A stretch of DNA of 55,470 nucleotides. It comes from a virus. Lineage: Duplodnaviria; Caudoviricetes. Positions within the stretch are counted from its first letter, which is position 1, and each line of letters starts with the position of its first letter. The position numbers and the translations under genes are program-made. Shown piece by piece: positions 47,130 through 55,470 of this stretch. Below the pieces are notes generated by a model that did not search any database, was not told the DNA's origin, and saw only the letters and a program-made list of their open reading frames with translations. Location: the IMG/VR virus record IMGVR_UViG_3300045911_000113, positions 1 through 55,470 of that record; one strand, given 5' to 3'.

Positions 47130-47924
47130 TCAGTAAGAAATTATTTCGTCGGTTTCCACCAACTCATCGGCACGAACCCAACCACGAGCAGTCAAGAATT
47201 TGTGATTTGGTGTTACCGATACTACCAACCCGTCTTCCATTTCAATATCCCAAACTTCAGATACACCATTGACATAAAGAGATATAATCTTTTGTTCTTG
47301 ATTGTTTTCATCCAAGACGGTAACATCTCTATCAAATGGAATAAACGTCTTTTCTTCAATTTGTGATGGATCAACACCAATCATATCAAACAAACTTTTC
47401 AATGTTACTGATCCGTTTGTTGTCTTCACTTCTGTTTCAGGCACCACGCAGCCTTCGGGCTTGACCGTAGTAGTACGAGCGGCTTTGTTGATACCCAACA
47501 TTTCAGCAACACGAGCATTTTCTTCCTTGACAATCTTTGCTGCTTCGGCAAGATTGAGATTCAACACTTCACCAGAAGCAATACCCGTCATAGATACACC
47601 GATCAATGCTTCCTTCTCAGTGGTCTTCTTCCAAATATCACGGAGATAGTGGAAATTCGTGTAAGTTGCCTGCAACGTACCAATAAACGAGGCAACACGA
47701 GCACGAAGGTTGAGGTCGTTTTGATCAACAATATCCGATGCATTAATTGTTGTCAAATTACAGAACTGATTGGGGCGAAGACTAATTTCTGCGCAATTGT
47801 GTACTAATAGTCCGTTTGCAAAGAAGTTATGATTTTTTCTTATGGTCAAGTCATAAACATCTTCATTTTCCCTGATTGTCTTTTTTACGATTCTAGATTT
47901 AACAATCTGTTTTGCTTCCACCAT
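47130..47924 (-). CDS. nrdJ: class II RNR part 2 (IntC 43 aa + extein + IntN 106 aa)
   Basis: VYDLT...HNFFANG.LVHN|CAEI..FCNL...TTVKPEG|CVVPET...VTPNHKF...DEIISY*. Confidence 0.92.
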   Translation of the reverse strand: MVEAKQIVKSRIVKKTIRENEDVYDLTIRKNHNFFANGLLVHNCAEISLRPNQFCNLTTINASDIVDQNDLNLRARVASFIGTLQATYTNFHYLRDIWKKTTEKEALIGVSMTGIASGEVLNLNLAEAAKIVKEENARVAEMLGINKAARTTTVKPEGCVVPETEVKTTNGSVTLKSLFDMIGVDPSQIEEKTFIPFDRDVTVLDENNQEQKIISLYVNGVSEVWDIEMEDGLVVSVTPNHKFLTARGWVRADELVETDEIISY

Positions 47925-48694
47925 TTTAATTCCCCCAAGTATGTATTTCCATCCAAAAACGGAGTAATGTTATCTATTAAACAAAACTCAACGTTTTTTA
48001 AAGATGGGTCTTTTTTAAGTTCTTCAAACTTCCACACCCTATTTTTGAAATATCCCTTGACTTCTATTATCTTTACAAGTTTTCCGGCTTCATATATAAA
48101 AAAATCAGGTCTATATGATTCTGCCCCTAACATCCATTGTTGAGATTCTACATCCCAATCAAATTTATTTTTATCTAACCATTTGGCTAGAATATATTCA
48201 TATGTTGACCGAAGCCATACATATTTTTGTCTTGATTTGTTAAAGAAGTAACCTGTAACCCCACGTTCTGTGTTCTTATTCTTGGTTCGTCTGTTTCTCC
48301 AACCGCCAGATTTTATTGCATTTTCACTTCTAACTCGTTTTAGATTTTCTGTAACAACATTATATCCTTTACGAATTGGTATGTTTATATATTCTAGGAG
48401 CCTACGCATTTTTGTGTAGCTAATGTTTAGTTCTCTTGCCATTAACTTTAATCCAACTCCGTCATGTTCATACTTTTGGCGCACCGATGATACAAAATAA
48501 TTCCACTCATCTGCATAAACTTCTTGGAGTTTTTTTCTAATAAAGGTTTTCTTTACAAACCCTCTAGCTCCGTTTCCATACAATTTATACTGCTCTTTAA
48601 AAAATTCTCGGTATTCTGTTTGCCACTCGTTACGAATGTCACGATACCCATCCAACTCTATAAACTTACGATATAAGGTATTCAAGTCTAACAT
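47885..48694 (-). CDS. free-standing homing endonuclease (PD-(D/E)xK, TnsA-N-like) between split-intein halves
   Basis: WLRSTYE...WLD...YRPDFF...IIEVKG; start at MLDLNT. Confidence 0.78.
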   Translation of the reverse strand: MLDLNTLYRKFIELDGYRDIRNEWQTEYREFFKEQYKLYGNGARGFVKKTFIRKKLQEVYADEWNYFVSSVRQKYEHDGVGLKLMARELNISYTKMRRLLEYINIPIRKGYNVVTENLKRVRSENAIKSGGWRNRRTKNKNTERGVTGYFFNKSRQKYVWLRSTYEYILAKWLDKNKFDWDVESQQWMLGAESYRPDFFIYEAGKLVKIIEVKGYFKNRVWKFEELKKDPSLKNVEFCLIDNITPFLDGNTYLGELKWWKQNRLLNLES

Positions 48695-48698
48695 AGGG

Positions 48699-48744
48699 TT
48701 CCCCGCAATAGGTTCTACATATAAATAGTGTCTATTGTGGGGAA
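48699..48744 (-). promoter_or_regulatory. RBS-sequestering hairpin with CTATTTATA motif in the loop
   Basis: arms 48732-48744 and 48699-48711 (TTCCCCACAATAG / CTATTGCGGGGAA); motif at 48720-48728. Confidence 0.75.
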
Positions 48745-48756
48745 ACAACCCATATG

Positions 48757-50472
48757 TTATTTAATATTCACCAAAATATCTTCTTCGGTCAATTGAGCGG
48801 CCTCCACCCAACCACGATTTTCAGTAAATACCTTGTGGTCCGGAGTTAGCTTTAGAGTCTCACCAGTATCAAGGGTCAATTCAATAATTGATGTCTTTTC
48901 GCGGGTAAGAGCAGCATTATCCAACACATCCCACTCCAACTGCTTTAGCTCTGTATTATACGAAAGCACCATTGGTGGTAATGTAGTGGTTTCGTAGAGT
49001 TCTACGAGCTGTTTAAGTGGAATCTGATATACTCCGCCTTCTGCGACAACTTCACCGTCGGAGATGATATCGTGATCTCTGACTGTAATGAGAGCATCTC
49101 CGGTAATGCATGGGTTGAGTCCCCATTCCTTGTCATTCGTCATAAAGAAGCCAGGTTCACCAGAACCCGATGCTTCAATCTTCTTCCATAGATCATAGAA
49201 GGTTTCCTTATCAATCTTGTGACGAAGAATGGTGGCGCTATTATTAGCACGTTGTCTCTGTGGATTCAATTCCCAGAAATTACCAAACTTACAAGTCAAC
49301 ATTTCTTCATCATCAAGATCGAATAGACTGATCATTGCGGAACGACGAATACCACCAGCTAATACCGCATCAGCAATATAACAGTTGATGTCATGTACAT
49401 CAATTGGCTCTAGTTGTTCGCCGTCTTCCTTACGTTCAAAAATCTTCTTGATGTTGTGTAACGCATCATTGAGAGGTTCTGGTCCCGGTGCCTTACCGCC
49501 AGAAGTGATAAGCTTTGCACCTTTGGGACGTATATCACGAAAATCAAAATCAGGTATAGGCTTGCCTTCAAAATAGGCACGAACAAGTACCTTTACTGCG
49601 TCTGACCATCCTTCAATACTATCTCCTACAACAAATCGACGAGTCTTCTTATTCTTACGAATAGCTGGTAGCTGTTCAATGTGATGACGCTGAACTGAAT
49701 ATCCTACTCCCACACCAGATAACAACAAGAACATGAGTTCGGAAAATGATGCGGGGTGGTTCATTGGCAAAAATGAACAGTTCCCTGTAACTTCCCCCGT
49801 TGCCAATACAAAGCTGCGATCATCTTCAACTTCTAAACACCACACCGGTTCCTTTCCAGATGGTACGATACTCTTGACAACAAAGCTCATATTCGTTTCA
49901 GGAGTAGATTCTTCATAGATAAATTGATCAAAGATTACCGGTGCAGATGCTAACTTATCTCCAACTTTTAGTGAAGTAGTTTCTGTTCCGTCCTTAAGAA
50001 TCCACCGATGATTCGATGTGGCTCTGGTCACATGTGAATGTCGTCCCCGAATAATCGTAATATCATACAACTCATCAACACCGTAGTTTCGTACTGTGGC
50101 CTTCTTCCAATTACCTTTGTGGGTAAGAACGTATGTGGTATCACCATCTGTAAAATCATTAAAAGATTTTACACCATCTCTCGTAACGAAACGGGTATCG
50201 GCGCTTAGACAATTGTAAATTCTAGCAGGGTTTAACTCAATCGGCTTTCCAGCAAATTGTAACGAACGCATAGACGGCAAAACCTTACGTTCAAAAACTA
50301 ATTTGTAAGCTTCACGAATTTCCTGTTCAAGTGCAGGAAATTTCTTGATGTGCATATCCATATTACGTGTGACTACTTCATCCCATGTCTCACGACGTTG
50401 GAGTTCTGGAATGAACTTGGCATATTTCATATGCACCGTGAGATCTGACAAAATTTGGGTGCTAAGTTCCAT
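48757..50472 (-). CDS. nrdJ: class II (B12, monomeric-type) RNR part 1 with cis intein and terminal IntN
   Basis: RETW, PSMRSLQF, YN|C...GN|CSF, GVGVGYS, GGIRRSAMI, GEPG, LNP|CITGD...LTPDHKV...DILV*. Confidence 0.93.
   Translation of the reverse strand: MELSTQILSDLTVHMKYAKFIPELQRRETWDEVVTRNMDMHIKKFPALEQEIREAYKLVFERKVLPSMRSLQFAGKPIELNPARIYNCLSADTRFVTRDGVKSFNDFTDGDTTYVLTHKGNWKKATVRNYGVDELYDITIIRGRHSHVTRATSNHRWILKDGTETTSLKVGDKLASAPVIFDQFIYEESTPETNMSFVVKSIVPSGKEPVWCLEVEDDRSFVLATGEVTGNCSFLPMNHPASFSELMFLLLSGVGVGYSVQRHHIEQLPAIRKNKKTRRFVVGDSIEGWSDAVKVLVRAYFEGKPIPDFDFRDIRPKGAKLITSGGKAPGPEPLNDALHNIKKIFERKEDGEQLEPIDVHDINCYIADAVLAGGIRRSAMISLFDLDDEEMLTCKFGNFWELNPQRQRANNSATILRHKIDKETFYDLWKKIEASGSGEPGFFMTNDKEWGLNPCITGDALITVRDHDIISDGEVVAEGGVYQIPLKQLVELYETTTLPPMVLSYNTELKQLEWDVLDNAALTREKTSIIELTLDTGETLKLTPDHKVFTENRGWVEAAQLTEEDILVNIK
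48760..49110 (-). mobile_element. split intein N-half (117 aa) inserted before the thiyl-radical Cys
   Basis: CITGDALI block A, LTPDHKVFT block B, then stop. Confidence 0.9.
49780..50211 (-). mobile_element. cis mini-intein (144 aa), Gly-Asn C-terminus
   Basis: CLSADT...ATSNHRW...VWCLEV...VTGN|C. Confidence 0.9.
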
Positions 50473-50578
50473 CTTTTACATCTCAAATCAAAAAGGTTGA
50501 ACATGGTAGGTAAAGAATAAGTAGTCCTTCAAAGCGCACAATCGCGTTTCTGTGAAAGACTACTATTGTTCAATTTAA

Positions 50579-52021
50579 TTATCCTAAATCAATATCATCT
50601 AATGTATCTTCTCTCAATGCTTTATTGGTGGACATGGGATCGAGTAGTCGTTTTCTTAACATGGCATTCACCTTGCCAGCGCCATTCTCCATCTGGTTCT
50701 TGACACGGAGACCATCTGGTGAATTTTCATCATATACTTCAATTTTGCCGTGACTTAAATCCATATATGCTGGAAACGTCATGCCGTCAGCCCCGAAACG
50801 ATTCTTGATAACGTGGAATCGTGCCGTGTTGCTCATCTTGTCAGCAAGTTTACGACTTACCGACGCAACGAAATCCGCCACGAAAATCTTTGAATACGCA
50901 CCGGCAATTTTATCGGCTTCTACAACATCATCCTGCAAAGCCGAGCGCTGACTTTGTGAGGCCGTCCATCCTGGAATCTTGAGTTCACCTAACATACCAC
51001 GAATATCTTCATAAATGAAGCCCAGTTCTTCGTGACGAGCATTTGACTTTTCCGTGGACCGCATAAGGTCGGCATAGTCAATGATGACCAAATCAGGCTT
51101 ATAACCCAATTGTGTCATACGATTGATGTGAGCCGACAAATGATTTACTGATGCGGTGCGAGTTGGAAAATATTTGATGATTAGTTCTCCGTCAATTTGA
51201 TCAATCGCAGCACGAACCCGTTCTTTATTCTTACAAATTTCTCTGCTTTCTATGCCGGTAAAGATGCTATCATATCGTAGACCAACATAATTTTCTGACA
51301 ACTCAAACGTATAATCTACGACGCGCTTACCTCGCCGCAATGCTTCAGCAGCAATAGCACGAAGCACCCACGACTTACCAATACCAGACGGCGCAATAAT
51401 ACAACCCAGTTCCCCTGGTCCAAGGCCACCATCAAGCAATTCATTGATACACGGCCATGGTGTCGCCACCGTATCACGTGCGATCTTCGACAATCGAACA
51501 TCAATCTCGTTGACCCAATCGTGGCCGAGATTACGTTCTTGTCCGGCACGCATGGCACGATCAATCATACTCTTGATTTCTTCGTATTTACCCTTCTGAA
51601 CAAACTCTGCGCCCCTCAAGATAGCATTCTTGATGGCCTGATTTTTACAGAAATCTAAGAACTCCTTCTTGTGATATGCAAGATCGGTAGCCTTGGTATT
51701 CTTGTAAATAGACTTGAGCTGTTCTACCACCGACACGCGAAGCAAGTCCGCTTCTTTGTTACCTTGAAGCTTATCGCTCTCCCGCTTGAATACGTCTGGT
51801 GTGGGAATATCTCGATATTGTGTATAGTGCTCAAGAATCTTGTTTACAATCCACTTATTCGGTTCACTCTCAAAGTAGTGAGGCACAACAATATCAAATG
51901 TCTGTTCAAGAAATGTTTTATCCGTGAGCATAGACGCAATGGCCTTACTCTGAAATGTGGAACCATATTTCTGTAAAGTGTCAAGATTGTCTTTATCAAG
52001 ATCTTGTTTTACATCCGTCAT
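50579..52021 (-). CDS. replicative SF4 helicase (gp41/DnaB-like)
   Basis: GGLGPGELG..APSGIGKS, IIDYADL, WTASQ, KNRFG.DG. Confidence 0.93.
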   Translation of the reverse strand: MTDVKQDLDKDNLDTLQKYGSTFQSKAIASMLTDKTFLEQTFDIVVPHYFESEPNKWIVNKILEHYTQYRDIPTPDVFKRESDKLQGNKEADLLRVSVVEQLKSIYKNTKATDLAYHKKEFLDFCKNQAIKNAILRGAEFVQKGKYEEIKSMIDRAMRAGQERNLGHDWVNEIDVRLSKIARDTVATPWPCINELLDGGLGPGELGCIIAPSGIGKSWVLRAIAAEALRRGKRVVDYTFELSENYVGLRYDSIFTGIESREICKNKERVRAAIDQIDGELIIKYFPTRTASVNHLSAHINRMTQLGYKPDLVIIDYADLMRSTEKSNARHEELGFIYEDIRGMLGELKIPGWTASQSQRSALQDDVVEADKIAGAYSKIFVADFVASVSRKLADKMSNTARFHVIKNRFGADGMTFPAYMDLSHGKIEVYDENSPDGLRVKNQMENGAGKVNAMLRKRLLDPMSTNKALREDTLDDIDLG

Positions 52022-52022
52022 A

Positions 52023-53093
52023 TTAAGATTTCTCGCTGTATCGCGTTAGTGGAACAAAGGTTGTAGTCAACCACTCGTCTAAGTTTGTAAACCCTCCTAG
52101 CAATCTATGCTTGACGAACAGTTGTGTCAAGTTCAACTTGTTTAGACTGTTTATAGGCGCGTCAAATTGCTCTAAAACCTTGATACGAGTATGACCGCTC
52201 ATATGTTGTTCGTCCAATCGCATGAGTGTCATATTACGTTCAATAATTTCTTTATTATCTAAAATGATCTGACACGCCACATTTTTCTTTTTAACTTGTT
52301 TCGCGGCTTCAATTTTTTCTTCGCACTGCGAATAGATGTGCGCCCACGGAATTTGTTTATCCGTGGCAAGCTCAGGAAAGTTTTTAATTAGAGTTGCCGG
52401 TCCTACACCTTTAACACCAGGAATGTTATCACTGCTATCACCATCAATCGTGCGAAAAATCATAAAATTTGATGGGTGAATGCCGTATTCTTCCACTACG
52501 GCATCTTCGGTATAGATTTTCTTTTTGGTGGGATTGTAGACACGAATTTTCGTATCTACAAGTTGTAAGAAATCTTTGTCGTTTGACATGATATAAGCAT
52601 CGCCGCCACGCTCGGATACAAGTTTTGCCAAATAGGCAAGCACATCATCGGCTTCTACGTTATCAACAGAAATCACTGTGAGTGGGAGAAACGTCATAGC
52701 CTCTACGAGCTGAATCAACTGACGTTTCTGATTTTCTAATTCAGCTTCTTTCGTGTCAAAATCATATGCACGATTGAGCTTCGTCATAGACTTGCGATTT
52801 TCTTTATATTCACTGAATATTTCTCGGCGTTTCTTACTGCCGCCACGACCATCGAATACTACCACACACCGTGACGGACGAATAATACGAATGGCTTGGC
52901 CGATGGAACGAAGAAATCCCGTGAATCCACCGATATGTTCTCCATTATCATTTAGCGTTGGGATAGCTGCAAAACAACGTATAAATACGTTGAGCTAAAG
53001 CCCATCAATTAATAGAACTTTACTGTCTCTATTAATGACGGGCGATTCCTCCATATTTTTTTGAAATGTTTTTAATTTCTCAGCTAAGTCCAT
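52023..53093 (-). CDS. 5'-3' exonuclease (T4 RNase H/Pol I 5' nuclease-like) with in-frame TAG at codon 33
   Basis: ATG at 53093 with GGAG RBS; VLLIDGL*LNVFIRCF, VFDG, EADD, SNDKDF.QL, GD.SDNIPGV.G.G; ORF track begins only at 52865. Confidence 0.85.
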
Positions 53094-53157
53094 GTTTGAT
53101 ATTCTCCAAAACTTCGGCATTTTTTGCTAATTGTATAATTCCACGTGATCCATAACA

Positions 53158-53200
53158 AACTCCCCACTACTAAACAGTTATTTATAAGTGGTGGGGAGTT
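53158..53200. promoter_or_regulatory. hairpin enclosing a TATAAATA/CCACTTAT motif upstream of exonuclease
   Basis: aactccccactact...agtggtggggagtt inverted repeat. Confidence 0.6.
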
Positions 53201-53251
53201 GCGGTGAAAGATCGTATATAAAGATGATTCGTCATTAATGGTTCAGAATCA

Positions 53252-53485
53252 TCAATCTTCTGAAATTAGACACACCGCATCTTCCGAACCATCAATATTG
53301 ATATTTTCATCGTCAATCAAGTCGTCTTCACTGACAAAATCAGTTGCTCCTGACTCGTCTTCAATCCAATACCCCACAATGAGTTCATCAAGTGGTGAGA
53401 TTCGTGTTTGACTGGCGTTTGATAGAATTACTACTGCTTGAGGATTACATCCCGAAAGTATATCAATAAGTTCTTCAACTGTCAT
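53252..53485 (-). CDS. small highly acidic protein
   Basis: 77 aa, ~20 D/E, one Arg, no Lys; ATGA coupling to recA. Confidence 0.6.
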   Translation of the reverse strand: MTVEELIDILSGCNPQAVVILSNASQTRISPLDELIVGYWIEDESGATDFVSEDDLIDDENINIDGSEDAVCLISED

Positions 53486-54726
53486 TCTTCAACTCCCACC
53501 GAAACTTCGCGGTCTTCCGAAGATAGTGATTCTGATGAATAGCTCATAATATGTGCGGCTGCCATCTTTTCATAAATTTCCGACTGGAGTTCTGGATTTG
53601 TCTCCAACCAATTACGCCACTCCTTGCTCTCCATTCTATGATCGGTGCCTTCATTATCTGTATATGTGATATATGCACCACCAGTGCTGACAATGTTTTT
53701 GGCCTTACAATAGTCTTTCCATGATGTCAGATCATCAATACCGCGATCAAAGTATACATCAAACTCAGCAGTGCGGAATGGTGGACCAAGGCGATTCTTA
53801 ATCACCGATGCCTTGACGTTCACACCAAGCACTTCCTTGTTCTTGTTAGTAATCTTCCCCGTAACAGACAAACGCAAACGAGTTGAGGCGTGGAATGCAA
53901 TTGCCTTACCACCCGAAGTCGTCCAAGGATCACTAAATGCCGGAGCATTCAATTTCTGGCGAAGCTGATTGGTGAATACTAGTGCAATCTTTTGTTTAGC
54001 AATGAGTTGAGTGACTTTACGCATCGCCTTGCTCAAGATAATAGCCTTGCCTGTTGCATATCCGTCTTTATTATAGTCGGATTCAAGTTCAGCGGCAGTT
54101 GGTACACCAGCAACAGAGTCCACTACAATAATGACCTTCTTATCCGCGTTACCGCCTTTACGTACCGTTTCAATGATCTTTTCGATCATTATGAAAATGT
54201 CTTCTAAAGTTTCTGGTTGAGCATATACCATCTTATTGAAGTCAAGACCAATGGCTTCATAAAATTCTGCGTTGACGGCATTTTCTGTGTCAATTAACAC
54301 AGATACACCACCTTCACGTTGAACATTTGCCATCATATGTGCTGCCAACAAACTCTTACCTGAATTGTGATTTAACATGCCATTACCAAAATACGCATGT
54401 TCATCATCATCCACAGTAATATCTACAATTGGATATTGACCGATAAATTCTACGGACACAACTTTAGAATATGTCCCATCATCACATAAAACCGAGTGTA
54501 ATCCAACTCGTAAATGTTGTGTTTCAACCCAACCAGCATTTGTGAAAAACTTATGTTCTTTTGATGTTTTTATGGAATAGGAATTTTCTAGAGTAACCAA
54601 AAATGTATCAAGTATTCCTTTCTCTATGTAGTTAGAAATTGGTGAATATGTACCATTTCTAGTTTTTACCTTAACCGTCTTTCCTTCGGATAACAGTTTT
54701 TTAACTTCTCGGATTTCAATTATCAT
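53482..54726 (-). CDS. RecA/UvsX recombinase C-terminal part preceded by a 121-aa IntC
   Basis: ...KTSKEHKF...VDITV...NHN|SGKS, IDTE, VVDSVA, FTNQLR, TSGGKAI.FHAS.R, KNRLGPP. Confidence 0.9.
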   Translation of the reverse strand: MIIEIREVKKLLSEGKTVKVKTRNGTYSPISNYIEKGILDTFLVTLENSYSIKTSKEHKFFTNAGWVETQHLRVGLHSVLCDDGTYSKVVSVEFIGQYPIVDITVDDDEHAYFGNGMLNHNSGKSLLAAHMMANVQREGGVSVLIDTENAVNAEFYEAIGLDFNKMVYAQPETLEDIFIMIEKIIETVRKGGNADKKVIIVVDSVAGVPTAAELESDYNKDGYATGKAIILSKAMRKVTQLIAKQKIALVFTNQLRQKLNAPAFSDPWTTSGGKAIAFHASTRLRLSVTGKITNKNKEVLGVNVKASVIKNRLGPPFRTAEFDVYFDRGIDDLTSWKDYCKAKNIVSTGGAYITYTDNEGTDHRMESKEWRNWLETNPELQSEIYEKMAAAHIMSYSSESLSSEDREVSVGVEE

Positions 54727-55470
54727 ATGTTTTTTATTAGTCGAGTGTAATTTTTTTCACTGATTGCTAACTTATTCTGAGATATTAATTCATCGATCCA
54801 CTGAATAGTTAGTATTGGTAAATTGTATGTATGTTCTGTTATGAAGTCTGCGAAAAGATTTCGTTCACGACAGTAATTTTGCAATGCAATAAATTTTGTT
54901 TGTACTTCTTCATTAGAAGTTAATTTAGATGGCTTTATTTCATATATTGTATTGTCAATCACTATATCAGGACAATAGGTTCTATCTGCTTCTTTATATG
55001 AATATGGTATTCTATGTGTAGATAATACAAACCGAATATTATTTAAATCTAAATACAAATATACTCGTAACTCTAACATACTTCTAAAATGTACTTTATG
55101 ACCGTTAATAAGTATCCACCCAGAGATTCCACTTCCCGCCGACAATGCTGGACTGCGGCCGTACATAGAATTTAAATTTCCCGTTTGTGGATTTTCGTTT
55201 GGTACTCCTATTAACTTACAAAGTTGATAATATTTTCTTTCACCATATCCAAATACATTTTGTAATTCTTTACGAATTTGCCATTTGTATTTACCGGCGT
55301 CAATTTGTTCTTTAAACCAAGTTTGGATATCGGAAGACAGTGGTTTTAGTTCAACGGATTTTAATACATCGGAAGATTTTTTACCATTAGTCTTTGCTAT
55401 ATGTGATCTTTTAATTTTCCAGTTGTAAGAAACTTTATCATACAAATTATAAAATATTAGATATGATTTT
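54723..55470 (-). CDS. homing endonuclease (TnsA-N-like) between RecA split-intein halves; 5' end outside window
   Basis: G..N.MYG, FRS.LELR, Y.PD, YEIKP; frame open to window end. Confidence 0.75.
   Translation of the reverse strand, partial: KSYLIFYNLYDKVSYNWKIKRSHIAKTNGKKSSDVLKSVELKPLSSDIQTWFKEQIDAGKYKWQIRKELQNVFGYGERKYYQLCKLIGVPNENPQTGNLNSMYGRSPALSAGSGISGWILINGHKVHFRSMLELRVYLYLDLNNIRFVLSTHRIPYSYKEADRTYCPDIVIDNTIYEIKPSKLTSNEEVQTKFIALQNYCRERNLFADFITEHTYNLPILTIQWIDELISQNKLAISEKNYTRLIKNI

Noticed and set aside
47074-47132. Group I intron or bypass joining RNR parts 2 and 3
   Set aside because: Gap is only ~56 nt, there is an in-frame TAA just before the ATG, and part 3 has its own GGAG RBS; a true split intein fits better.
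52995-52997. Genome-wide TAG (or TGA) reassignment explaining internal stops
   Set aside because: Genes such as dut, RNR part 3 and thyX end at TAG/TGA at their expected C-termini, and the other core genes are uninterrupted in code 11. Readthrough would also leave two extra residues in IDGLN.
1-55470. tRNA, rRNA or large structured ncRNA genes
   Set aside because: Intergenic gaps are short and no cloverleaf or T-loop signature was recognised by eye; a tRNAscan/Infernal run would be needed to exclude them formally.

Overview
A 55 kb segment of a large T4-like (Caudoviricetes, probably jumbo-class) phage genome. Essentially all real genes are on the minus strand, and the + strand ORFs look like shadows. 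In coordinate order it holds: a MoxR-AAA/vWA pair, ThyX, likely capsid-packaged proteins (one carrying a receiver-less PhoB/OmpR DNA-binding domain), lysis genes, a ~16 kb glycosylation/sugar-nucleotide island, and the replication and nucleotide module (clamp loader with intein, clamp, PolB, dUTPase, class II RNR, gp41 helicase, 5'-3' exonuclease, RecA/UvsX). No tRNA, rRNA or CRISPR array was seen. Main observations: (1) the class II RNR is broken into three genes joined by two different split inteins plus one cis intein; (2) the 5'-3' exonuclease has CTT-TAG-CTC inside its conserved IDGLN motif, a candidate ribosomal stop-hop; (3) four Mom/DruA-like GNAT-type genes (one decayed) sit among the replisome genes and carry clamp-motif-like peptides; (4) a RibB + atypical aldolase + kinase/nucleotidyltransferase/HAD block may make an unusual nucleotide-ketose; (5) a PhoB-like effector, OmpR-type TGTTACA boxes and PlcP/Agt lipid-remodelling homologues co-occur; (6) RecA has an atypically split intein; (7) a recurrent CTAYTTAT promoter motif is often embedded in hairpins. 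All family calls come from motif recognition by eye, with no database search.
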